This document shows, one piece after another, positions 54,624 to 63,490 of a DNA stretch of 64,000 nucleotides. The translations under genes were made by a program, and so were the position numbers. A model generated the notes under the pieces. It was not told the DNA's origin and searched no databases. It saw only the letters and a list, made by a program, of their open reading frames with translations. Positions within the stretch are counted from its first letter, which is position 1, and each line of letters opens with the position of its first letter. This DNA comes from Candidatus Omnitrophota bacterium (GTDB lineage Bacteria; Omnitrophota; Gorgyraeia; JABMRN01; RBG-13-46-9): assembly GCA_016782425.1 (NCBI GenBank), contig JADHYN010000002.1, positions 40,807-104,806 on the forward strand, read 5' to 3'.

Positions 54624-56054
54624 TTATACCCTGGATAACTGGCATATTATCTCAAACTCGGTTACCTGACTGCCTGATATGGATCTTTTCGCGGTATATT
54701 TTACCTTCACGTTTTCGAAATACTGCGATTTTTCCAATATTGTTATAAATTTAATGACTGCATCGAGAGACGGCGCGGTTCCCCTTAACGCTAAAGATCT
54801 ATCACTTTCATAGTCTATCAAATTGAAAGTTACGCCACCGGGTGTAACCTTGTAAATCTCGGCAACCACGTCGATTGCGAGCGGCTTTTTCTGCACCACG
54901 TTCTTTATTATCCTGATATCTTCCCTCATTCTTTTTGCCTTTTTAACCTTCGGCTCCATGGTCTTGATTTTTGAGTTCAAAAGGCCGAGATAACGAGATT
55001 TATCGAATATCTTTTTCGCTATGATTGTAAAAAAGATCAATGCGACGCAGGATAATAGAATTAATGTTTTTGAAAGATTCTTTTTTAAAACGGCAAGCTC
55101 GTTATCTTCTATCATGTTTACCGGAAGGAGATTGATCTCCATTTCCTTATCCTTCAAACAAAGACCGACGAGTCCGGCAAAAGACGTATCGCCTAAACTG
55201 GCTTCTACGTTTTTATCGAGTGTTATATTTTTAGACTGGTCTATCACCTCAAGCGGTATGCCCAATTCTTCTCTTAAAACAGGCTCTATCGCTTTGACTA
55301 TGTTTCTCGCGCCTGTAATAATTACCTTCTCGACGGTTGATTTCTTTTCTTTCTGGTATGTTTCGATTGATTGTTTTATTTCATCGAGGGTGTCTTTATT
55401 AAAAGGCATTTCTACTTTGCTATATGTGAAAGCCCTGGTAAAGGCGAGTTTTCCTTTTTCAATGATATCTACATCTATATATGTTGAATCCACGTTTATG
55501 AGAGCAATGTTATTTTTCGACTCTCCTTTTGTCTTCTCCTTCATCGCCAAATACCAACCGAATAAGGACTCGGAACTAAGCACCATCTTTTTCACCATTA
55601 GATTGGCTCCCTTTAAAGTCTTGATAAAGAGGTTTATGGTGCTCGCCTGGGCAATGGCCATTAAAACATCGGAATAACCGTCCTTCAATTTCTCGATTAT
55701 CCTGTAGCCGACGATGATGTCCTCGTCCCTGTATGGCATCTGCCTTGCCGACTCCATTTCAACCATGCTTTTTATTTCATCGTCGTTCGTTGACGGAAGG
55801 CGCGCGCTCCTTGCCATTATGAGGTGTCTTGGAACGTTCAGGTATATTCTGCCGATGGGGAATTTGTGTGTCTTGAAAAGATTTGCTATTTCTTTTAGGA
55901 TGACTTCACTTTCTCTTGAAAAGAATTCTTTCTTCACAAGGCGGAATGCGGGCTCTTTCTTGGAGAAAATGATCCCAGCTACCTTTATGAAATCATTGTA
56001 TAGTTCAACCGAGACCGGCGCACCTTTAAGATTGAGCTTGTTCTTTTTTGCCAT
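54624..56054 (-). CDS. PilM-PilN fusion (actin-like ATPase fold fused to a PilN-type TM protein; GspL analogue)
   Basis: PilM-like N-terminal ~320 aa, then the INLLPV hallmark, a TM helix (TLILLSCVALIFFTII) and a PilN-like periplasmic part. Confidence 0.8.
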   Translation of the reverse strand: MAKKNKLNLKGAPVSVELYNDFIKVAGIIFSKKEPAFRLVKKEFFSRESEVILKEIANLFKTHKFPIGRIYLNVPRHLIMARSARLPSTNDDEIKSMVEMESARQMPYRDEDIIVGYRIIEKLKDGYSDVLMAIAQASTINLFIKTLKGANLMVKKMVLSSESLFGWYLAMKEKTKGESKNNIALINVDSTYIDVDIIEKGKLAFTRAFTYSKVEMPFNKDTLDEIKQSIETYQKEKKSTVEKVIITGARNIVKAIEPVLREELGIPLEVIDQSKNITLDKNVEASLGDTSFAGLVGLCLKDKEMEINLLPVNMIEDNELAVLKKNLSKTLILLSCVALIFFTIIAKKIFDKSRYLGLLNSKIKTMEPKVKKAKRMREDIRIIKNVVQKKPLAIDVVAEIYKVTPGGVTFNLIDYESDRSLALRGTAPSLDAVIKFITILEKSQYFENVKVKYTAKRSISGSQVTEFEIICQLSRV

Positions 56055-56114
56055 GTAACAACCTTATTTTCTTTTATATATTATACATGGAAGAAGTGCA
56101 TTCTTCAATCTTAA

Positions 56115-57143
56115 CTATTCCTCATGATAATATTTTATTTCTTCGTTTTCTCTTCCTACGACGCAGGTTATGATTTTCCCTATTTTGTGCACTTCCCCGT
56201 GTGATGTAATGCGGAAATTATCCGCCTTAAAAATAAAGTAATCCGCTACTTGAGTCAGTCTCGCGGATTCGCCGGGTTCTACATTTGGTATGGTCCCTAA
56301 ATCTTTAATGGGTCTATCGTCCTTGGTGGTTTCTTTGCCGTCAAAGCCTCTTCTATAGTGTATGATTTTATCGGCGAGATTCGGATAGGCATCCCCTTCA
56401 TCGTTTAATATCGCATTGAGCACTTCCCGGGAGGCAGTGTTTATGTTTATTTTACCCTCGGTGTAAACCGTTACATTGTCTTTGATCTCGTTAAAGATTT
56501 CCCTGGTAATACCTTTTACGAGGAGAAGTTCTTCTACAAGTTCAAAATCCCCGTTTTTGCATCCGTACGGATGTTCCAGGGATTCGCTATAATATGTGTT
56601 CTCGGCACCGCCCGGCGTAGAGGCTTCCGAATCACTATCCTGCCAATCTACCATGGCACTAATTATCTCGTCGGTAAGATCTGGGGATAAGCGTTTTAGT
56701 ATATTTTTATAATCTTCCTTTTTTTGATAGCAGCTTAATTTTATATTGATCTTTCTCTCCTCGTCCGCCATGCCGTAATAGGTGTATTCTTTTTCGTCGA
56801 TATCGCTTTTTTGTCTATAGAATACGCAAAATCTGCCATTTCCTAATTTATTAAAATTCGGACTGAATATGCTCTCGGGGGTTTCGTTTATTTTTAACGA
56901 TATTCCGCATTCGTATAAAGTATCGTAATCTTCTTTTCTGTCGCTTGATAGAAATTCTCGTGCTTTTACGATTCCGGCCTTTGCCGCGTAACGGGCCTCC
57001 AGCTCATCCATATTATACTTGGTGAGGCGCACTTCGATCGAAGACCTGAAACCTATGCCCATCGCAAGAAGAGAAAGTATCGCCATAATCCAGAGTGTAG
57101 TTATCAATATGGAGCTCTTATTATCATTCATTGCAAAGCTCAC
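56115..57143 (-). CDS. gspK: GspK-like minor pseudopilin
   Basis: SSILITTLWIMAILSLLAMG N-terminus lacking Glu5; ININTASREVLNAIL helix-hairpin-helix-like segment; 342 aa. Confidence 0.7.
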   Translation of the reverse strand: MSFAMNDNKSSILITTLWIMAILSLLAMGIGFRSSIEVRLTKYNMDELEARYAAKAGIVKAREFLSSDRKEDYDTLYECGISLKINETPESIFSPNFNKLGNGRFCVFYRQKSDIDEKEYTYYGMADEERKINIKLSCYQKKEDYKNILKRLSPDLTDEIISAMVDWQDSDSEASTPGGAENTYYSESLEHPYGCKNGDFELVEELLLVKGITREIFNEIKDNVTVYTEGKININTASREVLNAILNDEGDAYPNLADKIIHYRRGFDGKETTKDDRPIKDLGTIPNVEPGESARLTQVADYFIFKADNFRITSHGEVHKIGKIITCVVGRENEEIKYYHEE

Positions 57144-57772
57144 GTCTCTTCTTCCTCCTTACCGAGTTTGCCCGTGGGGATAAGGATAATGTTTTCAAAC
57201 GTCTTTTCCGTTTCTCGTAGTTCATCTTTTAATGTAAGCTTGATTTTTACTCCTCGCGGTATCTTATCGTCAAATTCCCATTCATCCCGCCATTCATATT
57301 CGCCTTCGGCTACGGGAGACTCATAACAATACTCGAAAGCCAGGCTTTTCAAACCCTCAAGAAGCGTCTCCTCCTCACCTCCACTTTCACTAAAACCATC
57401 TTTTAAGGTTGCCTGAATTCTCGTAAGTTTCCCATTAGCGTTGTCAAATCGGTACGCAACCTTTGCGAGTTCCCTGCTTATCACGTTGTTGTCGTAAATA
57501 TTTATGACACTCGGAAACGCTACGCTGTCGTTTAGCCATTCATATTCGATGCTGAAATCAGCCTCTCTTGCAAAATTGGCTGCGGCATTTTGCATGTCTT
57601 TGGATACAGCGTCAAAAAATATCCGCAGTCTTTGGTTATCCTCTATTATGGAATTTCCTCTTTGCCATATCCTGATCCCGGCATTAAAGGTATAATAAAT
57701 GCTTGCTGCAATGATGGAAAATATGGTCAATGCCACTAATAGCTCGATGAATGTAAACGCTTTTTTTCTCAT
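57140..57772 (-). CDS. GspJ-like minor pseudopilin
   Basis: Prepilin N-terminus MRKKAFTFIELLVALTIFSII; size and order fit GspJ. Confidence 0.65.
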   Translation of the reverse strand: MRKKAFTFIELLVALTIFSIIAASIYYTFNAGIRIWQRGNSIIEDNQRLRIFFDAVSKDMQNAAANFAREADFSIEYEWLNDSVAFPSVINIYDNNVISRELAKVAYRFDNANGKLTRIQATLKDGFSESGGEEETLLEGLKSLAFEYCYESPVAEGEYEWRDEWEFDDKIPRGVKIKLTLKDELRETEKTFENIILIPTGKLGKEEEET

Positions 57773-58137
57773 TCGGTTTTATTTTTAAGGTAGGTTGTGA
57801 TAAAGTATTTTGTAATTTCGGGTTGTTCTTTCTGGAAGGCCTCCAGCCTGACAAGGTTAAGATCCGAATCTTCGAGGCGCTCTGATGCCAGCTTCCAGGA
57901 ATATCCCTCGTCTTCTTCGAAATCCCCGCTTTCTCGGCCCTCTTCTATCTTGCCTTTCTCCTCAAATCCCCACATCTTTTGTTCCAATAAAAGCGATACT
58001 TTAAAGACTTCGGTTGAGCGCTCTATGGATTCTTTTGCCGACGAGAACGCGCGCATTACAAAAAGAACGCCGGCGGTGATTATAACGATGCTTATCACAA
58101 CTTCAAACAGCAAGAATCCTTTATTCTTTATCTTCAT
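57769..58137 (-). CDS. GspI-like minor pseudopilin
   Basis: MKIKNKGFLLFEVVISIVII prepilin-type N-terminus; 122 aa. Confidence 0.6.
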   Translation of the reverse strand: MKIKNKGFLLFEVVISIVIITAGVLFVMRAFSSAKESIERSTEVFKVSLLLEQKMWGFEEKGKIEEGRESGDFEEDEGYSWKLASERLEDSDLNLVRLEAFQKEQPEITKYFITTYLKNKTE

Positions 58138-58696
58138 CTTCTATTATATCTTTTATTTCTATCTCGCTTCCGAATCCCTTTACGTGCAATATGCGGCCTT
58201 CCCCGTTTTTATCGACTATTTTTATTTCGGCTTCATTCGACCGGCCGTCCGGATAAAAGACTATTTTTTTAACCTTGTCGCCAAACCGAAGCCCTTCCGG
58301 AAGCGAAAAGGTTCTTCCGTATCTTCCTCCGATTCTCTTGTAAACAGGCTTCTCGCCGAAGGAATCGAGTTTCATAATCCAATATGTCCCTTTTTTATGA
58401 TCGAGATTTAGTTTGTAGTTCGCCCTTTCGATAATGGCTATCTCCCGCATGTAATTTATCATTCTAGCCATGTTAAAGGCGGTATTTTTAAGCTGAATAT
58501 CCGAAAAAGTTCTTCTGAATAAAGGCGTCGAAAGGCTTATCAGGATGGATATGAGAAGGGCTACGAGTATTAGTTCTATTAATGTGAACCCGGCCCTTCC
58601 TGCCCCAAATAACTTCTTCTCAGTAAGGAAGGGCGGGGTGAATCCCCTGCCGGAATTATTATTGTGTTCCTTCTTCGTCCCAATTGGTGATGTCAT
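58121..58696 (-). CDS. GspH-like minor pseudopilin with long leader
   Basis: GRAGFTLIELILVALLISILISL prepilin motif preceded by a 36-aa leader. No in-frame alternative start lies closer. Confidence 0.65.
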   Translation of the reverse strand: MTSPIGTKKEHNNNSGRGFTPPFLTEKKLFGAGRAGFTLIELILVALLISILISLSTPLFRRTFSDIQLKNTAFNMARMINYMREIAIIERANYKLNLDHKKGTYWIMKLDSFGEKPVYKRIGGRYGRTFSLPEGLRFGDKVKKIVFYPDGRSNEAEIKIVDKNGEGRILHVKGFGSEIEIKDIIEDEDKE

Positions 58697-59141
58697 CGTC
58701 TCCGCCCTCTACGCCGTTTCTGCCGTAGGAGTATAAATCGTAGTCCACATTACGGGTACCGGGATATTTATAGACATAGGGGTTTCCCCAGGGGTCTACG
58801 GGTCTTTTTTTCAAATAAGGCCCCCTCCAGTTCGGCGCGCTTGTCGGCTTTGTTAAAAGGGCGTTCAGGCCTTCTTCTGTCTTGGGATAAGCACCGTTAT
58901 CGAGTTCATAGAGATCAAGGGCTGAGCCGATATTCAACTCTATATCTGCCTTGGCGGCTGCTTCTCTTGCCTGTTCGGTTCTCCCGGCGAGTCTGGGCAT
59001 GACCATAGCCACCAGAATGCTTATTATGATGACTACAAGCATGAGTTCTACAAGCGTAAACCCCGTTAGAGATTTCTTAACTACAGGTCTTGTCCCGATC
59101 TCTAACCGGGTAAATCCTTTTTTGTTCCGATGTGATTTCAT
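58659..59141 (-). CDS. gspG: type II secretion major pseudopilin GspG
   Basis: TGFTLVELMLVVIIISILVAMVMP..., AKADIELNIGSALDLYELDNGAYP, and WGNPYVYKYPG. Start set at ATG 59141 (GGAGG 5 nt upstream) rather than 59171. Confidence 0.9.
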   Translation of the reverse strand: MKSHRNKKGFTRLEIGTRPVVKKSLTGFTLVELMLVVIIISILVAMVMPRLAGRTEQAREAAAKADIELNIGSALDLYELDNGAYPKTEEGLNALLTKPTSAPNWRGPYLKKRPVDPWGNPYVYKYPGTRNVDYDLYSYGRNGVEGGDDDITNWDEEGTQ

Positions 59142-59163
59142 ATATACCTCCGGGTATTTAATA

Positions 59164-60381
59164 TTATCCAACCAAAAAATTTATCTCAAAAATGGGGAGA
59201 AGCATTGATATTACGATAAAACCCACAACTAAACCAAGCACTAAAATCAAAACCGGTTCTAAAAGTGACATCATGACTTTGACGGCGGCGTCTGTTTCCC
59301 TTTCATAACTTTCGGCTATTTTAAAAAGGGATTTCTCAACCCTGCCGCTTTCTTCTCCGACCGCTATCATGTTCACTACAAACGGCGGAATAATAGAACT
59401 TTTGGAAAAACCGAATGCAAGATTCGCCCCGCCTCGTACATGCGTTGATACTTTATTTACTTCTTTCTTTACGACAGCGTTATTTACCGTATCCAGGACA
59501 ACATCAAGAGACTGGAGTATCGGAACGCCGTTATTTAAAAGAGTAGCGAGTGTCCTTGTAAATCTTGCTATCTCCACTTTCTTTATGAGATTACCGAAAA
59601 GCGGCATATTCATTTTAAAATTATCTATGGCAAGCCTGCCGTCTCTCGTTTTATACAACCTCATAAAAATGAAACTTGCCAGTATAATAAAAAATAAAAT
59701 CAGCCACCAGTATCTTTTTATGGTATTGCTTATGCCGATCAGGACCAATGTCGGAATCGGCAGATTCTGGCCCAGATCGCCGAACATCGTTATCATCTTC
59801 GGTATTACAAACGTAAGTAAGACGACTATCGTAATCCCGCCCACGGCCGACATGAGAATAGGATAGGCAAGGGCCGAGCGGATCTTCGTCTGAATCTCAA
59901 GCTGCTTCTCGTTAAAGTCGGAGAGGCGCTTTAATATGTTCTCGAGCGCTCCCCCTGTCTCGCCGGATCTTACCATGCTGACGAATAAATTTGAAAATAT
60001 TTTCGGGTGCCTGGCAAGGGCTGTTGAAAGCGAATTTCCGTCGATACAAAAATCTCGCACATCCGCTACGACATCCTTAAGGCGCCTATTTTCCGTCTGG
60101 TCGTGTAGTATATCAAGCGCCTTTACGATGGTAAGCCCGCCTTCCAGCAAGTCCGAAAGCTGCCTTGTAAAGTTTGTTATGTCTTTAAGACTGGCTCTTT
60201 CCCGGAAAAATCCGGATTTTTTCTCGAGGGCTTTCCTTGATTTTATGTACTCGTCGATGGAGAGAAGATAATACCCCATGTTGGATATCTTCTGAATGGC
60301 AGAGCCCTTGTTATCGGCTACTATGGTACCCTCTACGACGTCGGAAGGACTTTTTTTCGCCTTGTAAATAAATTTAGGCAT
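59164..60381 (-). CDS. gspF: type II secretion/T4P platform protein (GspF/PilC family)
   Basis: 405 aa with two T2SSF repeats and three TM segments. Confidence 0.9.
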   Translation of the reverse strand: MPKFIYKAKKSPSDVVEGTIVADNKGSAIQKISNMGYYLLSIDEYIKSRKALEKKSGFFRERASLKDITNFTRQLSDLLEGGLTIVKALDILHDQTENRRLKDVVADVRDFCIDGNSLSTALARHPKIFSNLFVSMVRSGETGGALENILKRLSDFNEKQLEIQTKIRSALAYPILMSAVGGITIVVLLTFVIPKMITMFGDLGQNLPIPTLVLIGISNTIKRYWWLILFFIILASFIFMRLYKTRDGRLAIDNFKMNMPLFGNLIKKVEIARFTRTLATLLNNGVPILQSLDVVLDTVNNAVVKKEVNKVSTHVRGGANLAFGFSKSSIIPPFVVNMIAVGEESGRVEKSLFKIAESYERETDAAVKVMMSLLEPVLILVLGLVVGFIVISMLLPIFEINFLVG

Positions 60382-60385
60382 TATC

Positions 60386-62098
60386 TTATTCTGCGTGCTC
60401 TTCCTGCTGGGTTACCCTTATAACTTCAGAAGGGGTGGTAATCCCCATTTTTACCTTTTGCCATCCGTCCTGACGTAACGTATGCATGCCGAGGGAGACG
60501 GCTTTTCTCTTGATCTCGTCGGATGCGGCCCTGTCGAGTATCACCTTTCTTATTTCTTCGGTTACGACCAATACCTCGTAGATGGCGGTTCTGCCTTTAT
60601 ACCCTGTATATTTACACGACTCGCATCCCTTGCCTTCAAGCATCTTTACTTTTAAGGCTTCTTTTTTTGTTACCTCCAATTCCCTCAGGATCTCTTTATC
60701 GGGTTTCGATTCTCTTTTGCATTCAGGGCATATAACCCTTACGAGTCTTTGCGCGAGAAAAGCGTTTACAGATGAGGCCACAAGAAACGGTTCCACCCCC
60801 ATGTCGACAAGCCTTGTTATGCCGCCGGCCGCGTCATTCGTGTGGAGAGTGGAAAATACAAGGTGCCCTGTGAGGGCAACTCTTATTGTTATCTCCGCTG
60901 TCTCATAATCCCTTACCTCTCCTACCATCATGATATCCGGGTCGTGCCTCAACATCGTTCTTAATCCGTTCGAAAATGTAAGGCCTATTTTGGGATAGAC
61001 CTGTATCTGCGTTATACCTTTCATCTGGTATTCGATAGGGTCTTCTATGGTGAGAATTTTCTTTTCTTTGTCGTTTATCTTGCTTAATGCCGCGTAAAGA
61101 GTGGTGGTTTTCCCGCTTCCGGTAGGGCCGGTAACAAATATTATGCCGTGAGGGGCTTTTATTAATTTTTCGAATATCTCCAGGTCTCTTTTGAGAAGCC
61201 CCAGGTTTCCAAGGCCGTATAGCACGTTTGTGGAAAGGAGCCTTATAACAACGGCTTCACCAAACGGCGTGGGAAGCAGGGATATCCTGAGATCGACTTC
61301 GTCCTTGGCTATTTTAATCTTTATCCTTCCGTCCTGCGGAAGCCGCCTTTCGGCAATGTCAAGATTTGCCATTACCTTGATACGCGAAATAATGGCGGAC
61401 TGGAAGCTTTTTATGTTCGGCGGGATTTTCGTGTCGTATAAAATTCCGTCAACCCTGTATCTTATTTTAAGTTCGTCCCCATAAGGCTCTATATGGATAT
61501 CCGTCGCCCTGTCTTTATATGCCTCCAGGAGAATCTGGTTTACGAATTTTATTATAGAGGCGTCTTCGGCTGACCTTGCGATGTCTTCTGTAACCTGCGA
61601 CTGGACGCTTAAGGGTTTTCTATCGGTAACCTCGGGCGTTATCTTCTCTATGGTTTCGGCGCCCACGCCGTAATATTTCTTTATGGCTTCGACGATATCG
61701 CTTTCGCTTGCGAGAACCGTCTTTATTTCTTTCTTTAATAAAAGTTTTAAATCGTCCAGGGTGTGTATGTCGAGCGGATTTGACATGGCGACTGTTATAA
61801 CATTTTTTTCAAAGCGGATCGGGATGAGTTTATAGTGCGTGGCGAATTTGGCGGGGATCTCTTCTATTGTCGAATGAGGTATCTTGAGGTCTTTTAGCTT
61901 TATGTATTTCTTGTCGAACTGCTCTGCCAAAACCTTGTATAATAATTCTTCTGTTACAAATCCTAATTTAATTAATATAGTACCCAATAAGCCGCCTGAG
62001 CTTTCCTGTTCCACCAGGGCACGCTCCAGCTGCTCTATGGTTATCAGGCCCTTTTGTACCAGCAATTGGCCTATAAGTTCGGATCTTCGGAGTGGCAT
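60386..62098 (-). CDS. gspE: type II secretion ATPase GspE with MshEN-type N domain
   Basis: Walker A GPTGSGKTTT, Asp/His boxes, tetracysteine CPECK...CESCK, and an N-terminal double 24-residue repeat. Confidence 0.95.
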   Translation of the reverse strand: MPLRRSELIGQLLVQKGLITIEQLERALVEQESSGGLLGTILIKLGFVTEELLYKVLAEQFDKKYIKLKDLKIPHSTIEEIPAKFATHYKLIPIRFEKNVITVAMSNPLDIHTLDDLKLLLKKEIKTVLASESDIVEAIKKYYGVGAETIEKITPEVTDRKPLSVQSQVTEDIARSAEDASIIKFVNQILLEAYKDRATDIHIEPYGDELKIRYRVDGILYDTKIPPNIKSFQSAIISRIKVMANLDIAERRLPQDGRIKIKIAKDEVDLRISLLPTPFGEAVVIRLLSTNVLYGLGNLGLLKRDLEIFEKLIKAPHGIIFVTGPTGSGKTTTLYAALSKINDKEKKILTIEDPIEYQMKGITQIQVYPKIGLTFSNGLRTMLRHDPDIMMVGEVRDYETAEITIRVALTGHLVFSTLHTNDAAGGITRLVDMGVEPFLVASSVNAFLAQRLVRVICPECKRESKPDKEILRELEVTKKEALKVKMLEGKGCESCKYTGYKGRTAIYEVLVVTEEIRKVILDRAASDEIKRKAVSLGMHTLRQDGWQKVKMGITTPSEVIRVTQQEEHAE

Positions 62099-62221
62099 AT
62101 TGATAGAATATCATATTTAAATACCAAAATCAAGGGTAGCTGCTTGTCAATAAAAAACCCGCAGGTCAGTTAAAACCCGCAGGTTTATGTATGAAGCCTG
62201 CTTTTTGGAAGCTGCTAAAAC

Positions 62222-63457
62222 TTATTTTTCAAATTGGACTTCGTCTATATAAATTATACCTACCTTGTCAATGGCATTCCCGTTTTCGAAGGTAAACACT
62301 AATTCGCTTATACGACTCTTATCGAGAGTTACATTATCCCAGTCTTTGAAACTTGAAAGAGGAATCTTAAATTGCTTCCAGTCTATCGTAACGCGATCAT
62401 CATCGGTTTTGCGGATTACATAGAAGGGCTCGCCTGCGCCGATCCCGGAAAAATCATGGAGTTCGATTTTTATCCCTTCTGGATTATTAGCAGTATCTTC
62501 TGCTCTTATCGAGAAAGATATATAAGTGTAGCTACTGAAATTATGAGATATTTTCGTCCATCTATCGTATCCACCGCCAAAAATAAACGCGCAGTAAGCG
62601 TAGCCGGAATTTACGTTATAGTCCAGTCGTAACCCGCGTGGATAATTGTTCCACCTATCCGAACCGTCATCAAAACCATAACTGCATGAGCCTCCGTCTC
62701 CACCAGAACCTATATTTCCGCCGAGCGCATTTACACCTACGTTGTCGCCGAAATGATCTATTCTCACAATACTTTCTACGGAAACATCTGTAATAAATTC
62801 AATTTTGTCAATGTAAATAGTTCCTTGATCTGGGCTTCCGTTAGTGCGACTATTGTCACCTTCAAATGTAAAAACTAATTCTTTCATCGAACTCCAACTG
62901 CTTATATTTGCGAAGTTGTGGAAAGGAATCGTTACACGCTGCCAGCTTGTTGTAACACCGCCGTCTAAATAGTCAGTAACATACATTGATGCTTGATTTG
63001 TATTATTACTTCCGCCGTTATTTTTAATTTCGATTTTAAAATATTCCCCTCCGACAGCCCCCTTAACATAAAAAGAAACGCCTAGGTACCCACGGGTACT
63101 AAAATTCGTAGATTTCAGTTTAGTATAATATCCGGAATAGCTTGTAAGGGCAGTTACATTGTAATCCAGTTTTAAACAGAAATCTCCATCGAAAGGCGCG
63201 CTTGGATCATTTGAGACAGTACAGGTTCCACCATTACCAGGAAATATGCCTGTCACTCCATCCCAATGATTTTTTATTCCGCCGTCATTAAAATTATCAA
63301 GAACGGGGCTATTCAGATCGATATCTTCAACTTTAGTAGCTCCTGCTCCTACAGAAACAGTTTCATCTATAACAATGGCTGGGCATTCGGTCCATACTCC
63401 CACCGTTGCCATTGTAGTTATCATCAAGATTAACAGTACCCTTACAAATACTTTCAT
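62222..63457 (-). CDS. secreted protein with two tandem beta-sandwich (CBM11/CIA30-like) domains
   Basis: Signal peptide. Internal duplication with each half ending ...ELVFTFE...G(T/I)IYID(K/E)(I/V)(E/Q)F, and each containing L(K/R)LDYNV. Confidence 0.5.
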   Translation of the reverse strand: MKVFVRVLLILMITTMATVGVWTECPAIVIDETVSVGAGATKVEDIDLNSPVLDNFNDGGIKNHWDGVTGIFPGNGGTCTVSNDPSAPFDGDFCLKLDYNVTALTSYSGYYTKLKSTNFSTRGYLGVSFYVKGAVGGEYFKIEIKNNGGSNNTNQASMYVTDYLDGGVTTSWQRVTIPFHNFANISSWSSMKELVFTFEGDNSRTNGSPDQGTIYIDKIEFITDVSVESIVRIDHFGDNVGVNALGGNIGSGGDGGSCSYGFDDGSDRWNNYPRGLRLDYNVNSGYAYCAFIFGGGYDRWTKISHNFSSYTYISFSIRAEDTANNPEGIKIELHDFSGIGAGEPFYVIRKTDDDRVTIDWKQFKIPLSSFKDWDNVTLDKSRISELVFTFENGNAIDKVGIIYIDEVQFEK

Positions 63458-63490
63458 TTCATATCCTTTTTATTAGGTAATATTCTACAA

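Noticed and set aside
62151-62200. Direct repeat AAAACCCGCAGGT x2 and a GCAGG..CCTGC stem after the 62222 gene, considered as a terminator or regulatory repeat
   Set aside because: The stems are only 5 bp with a 13-nt loop and the U-run is interrupted. This is too weak to call. It is noted only as a possible terminator/promoter zone ahead of gspE.
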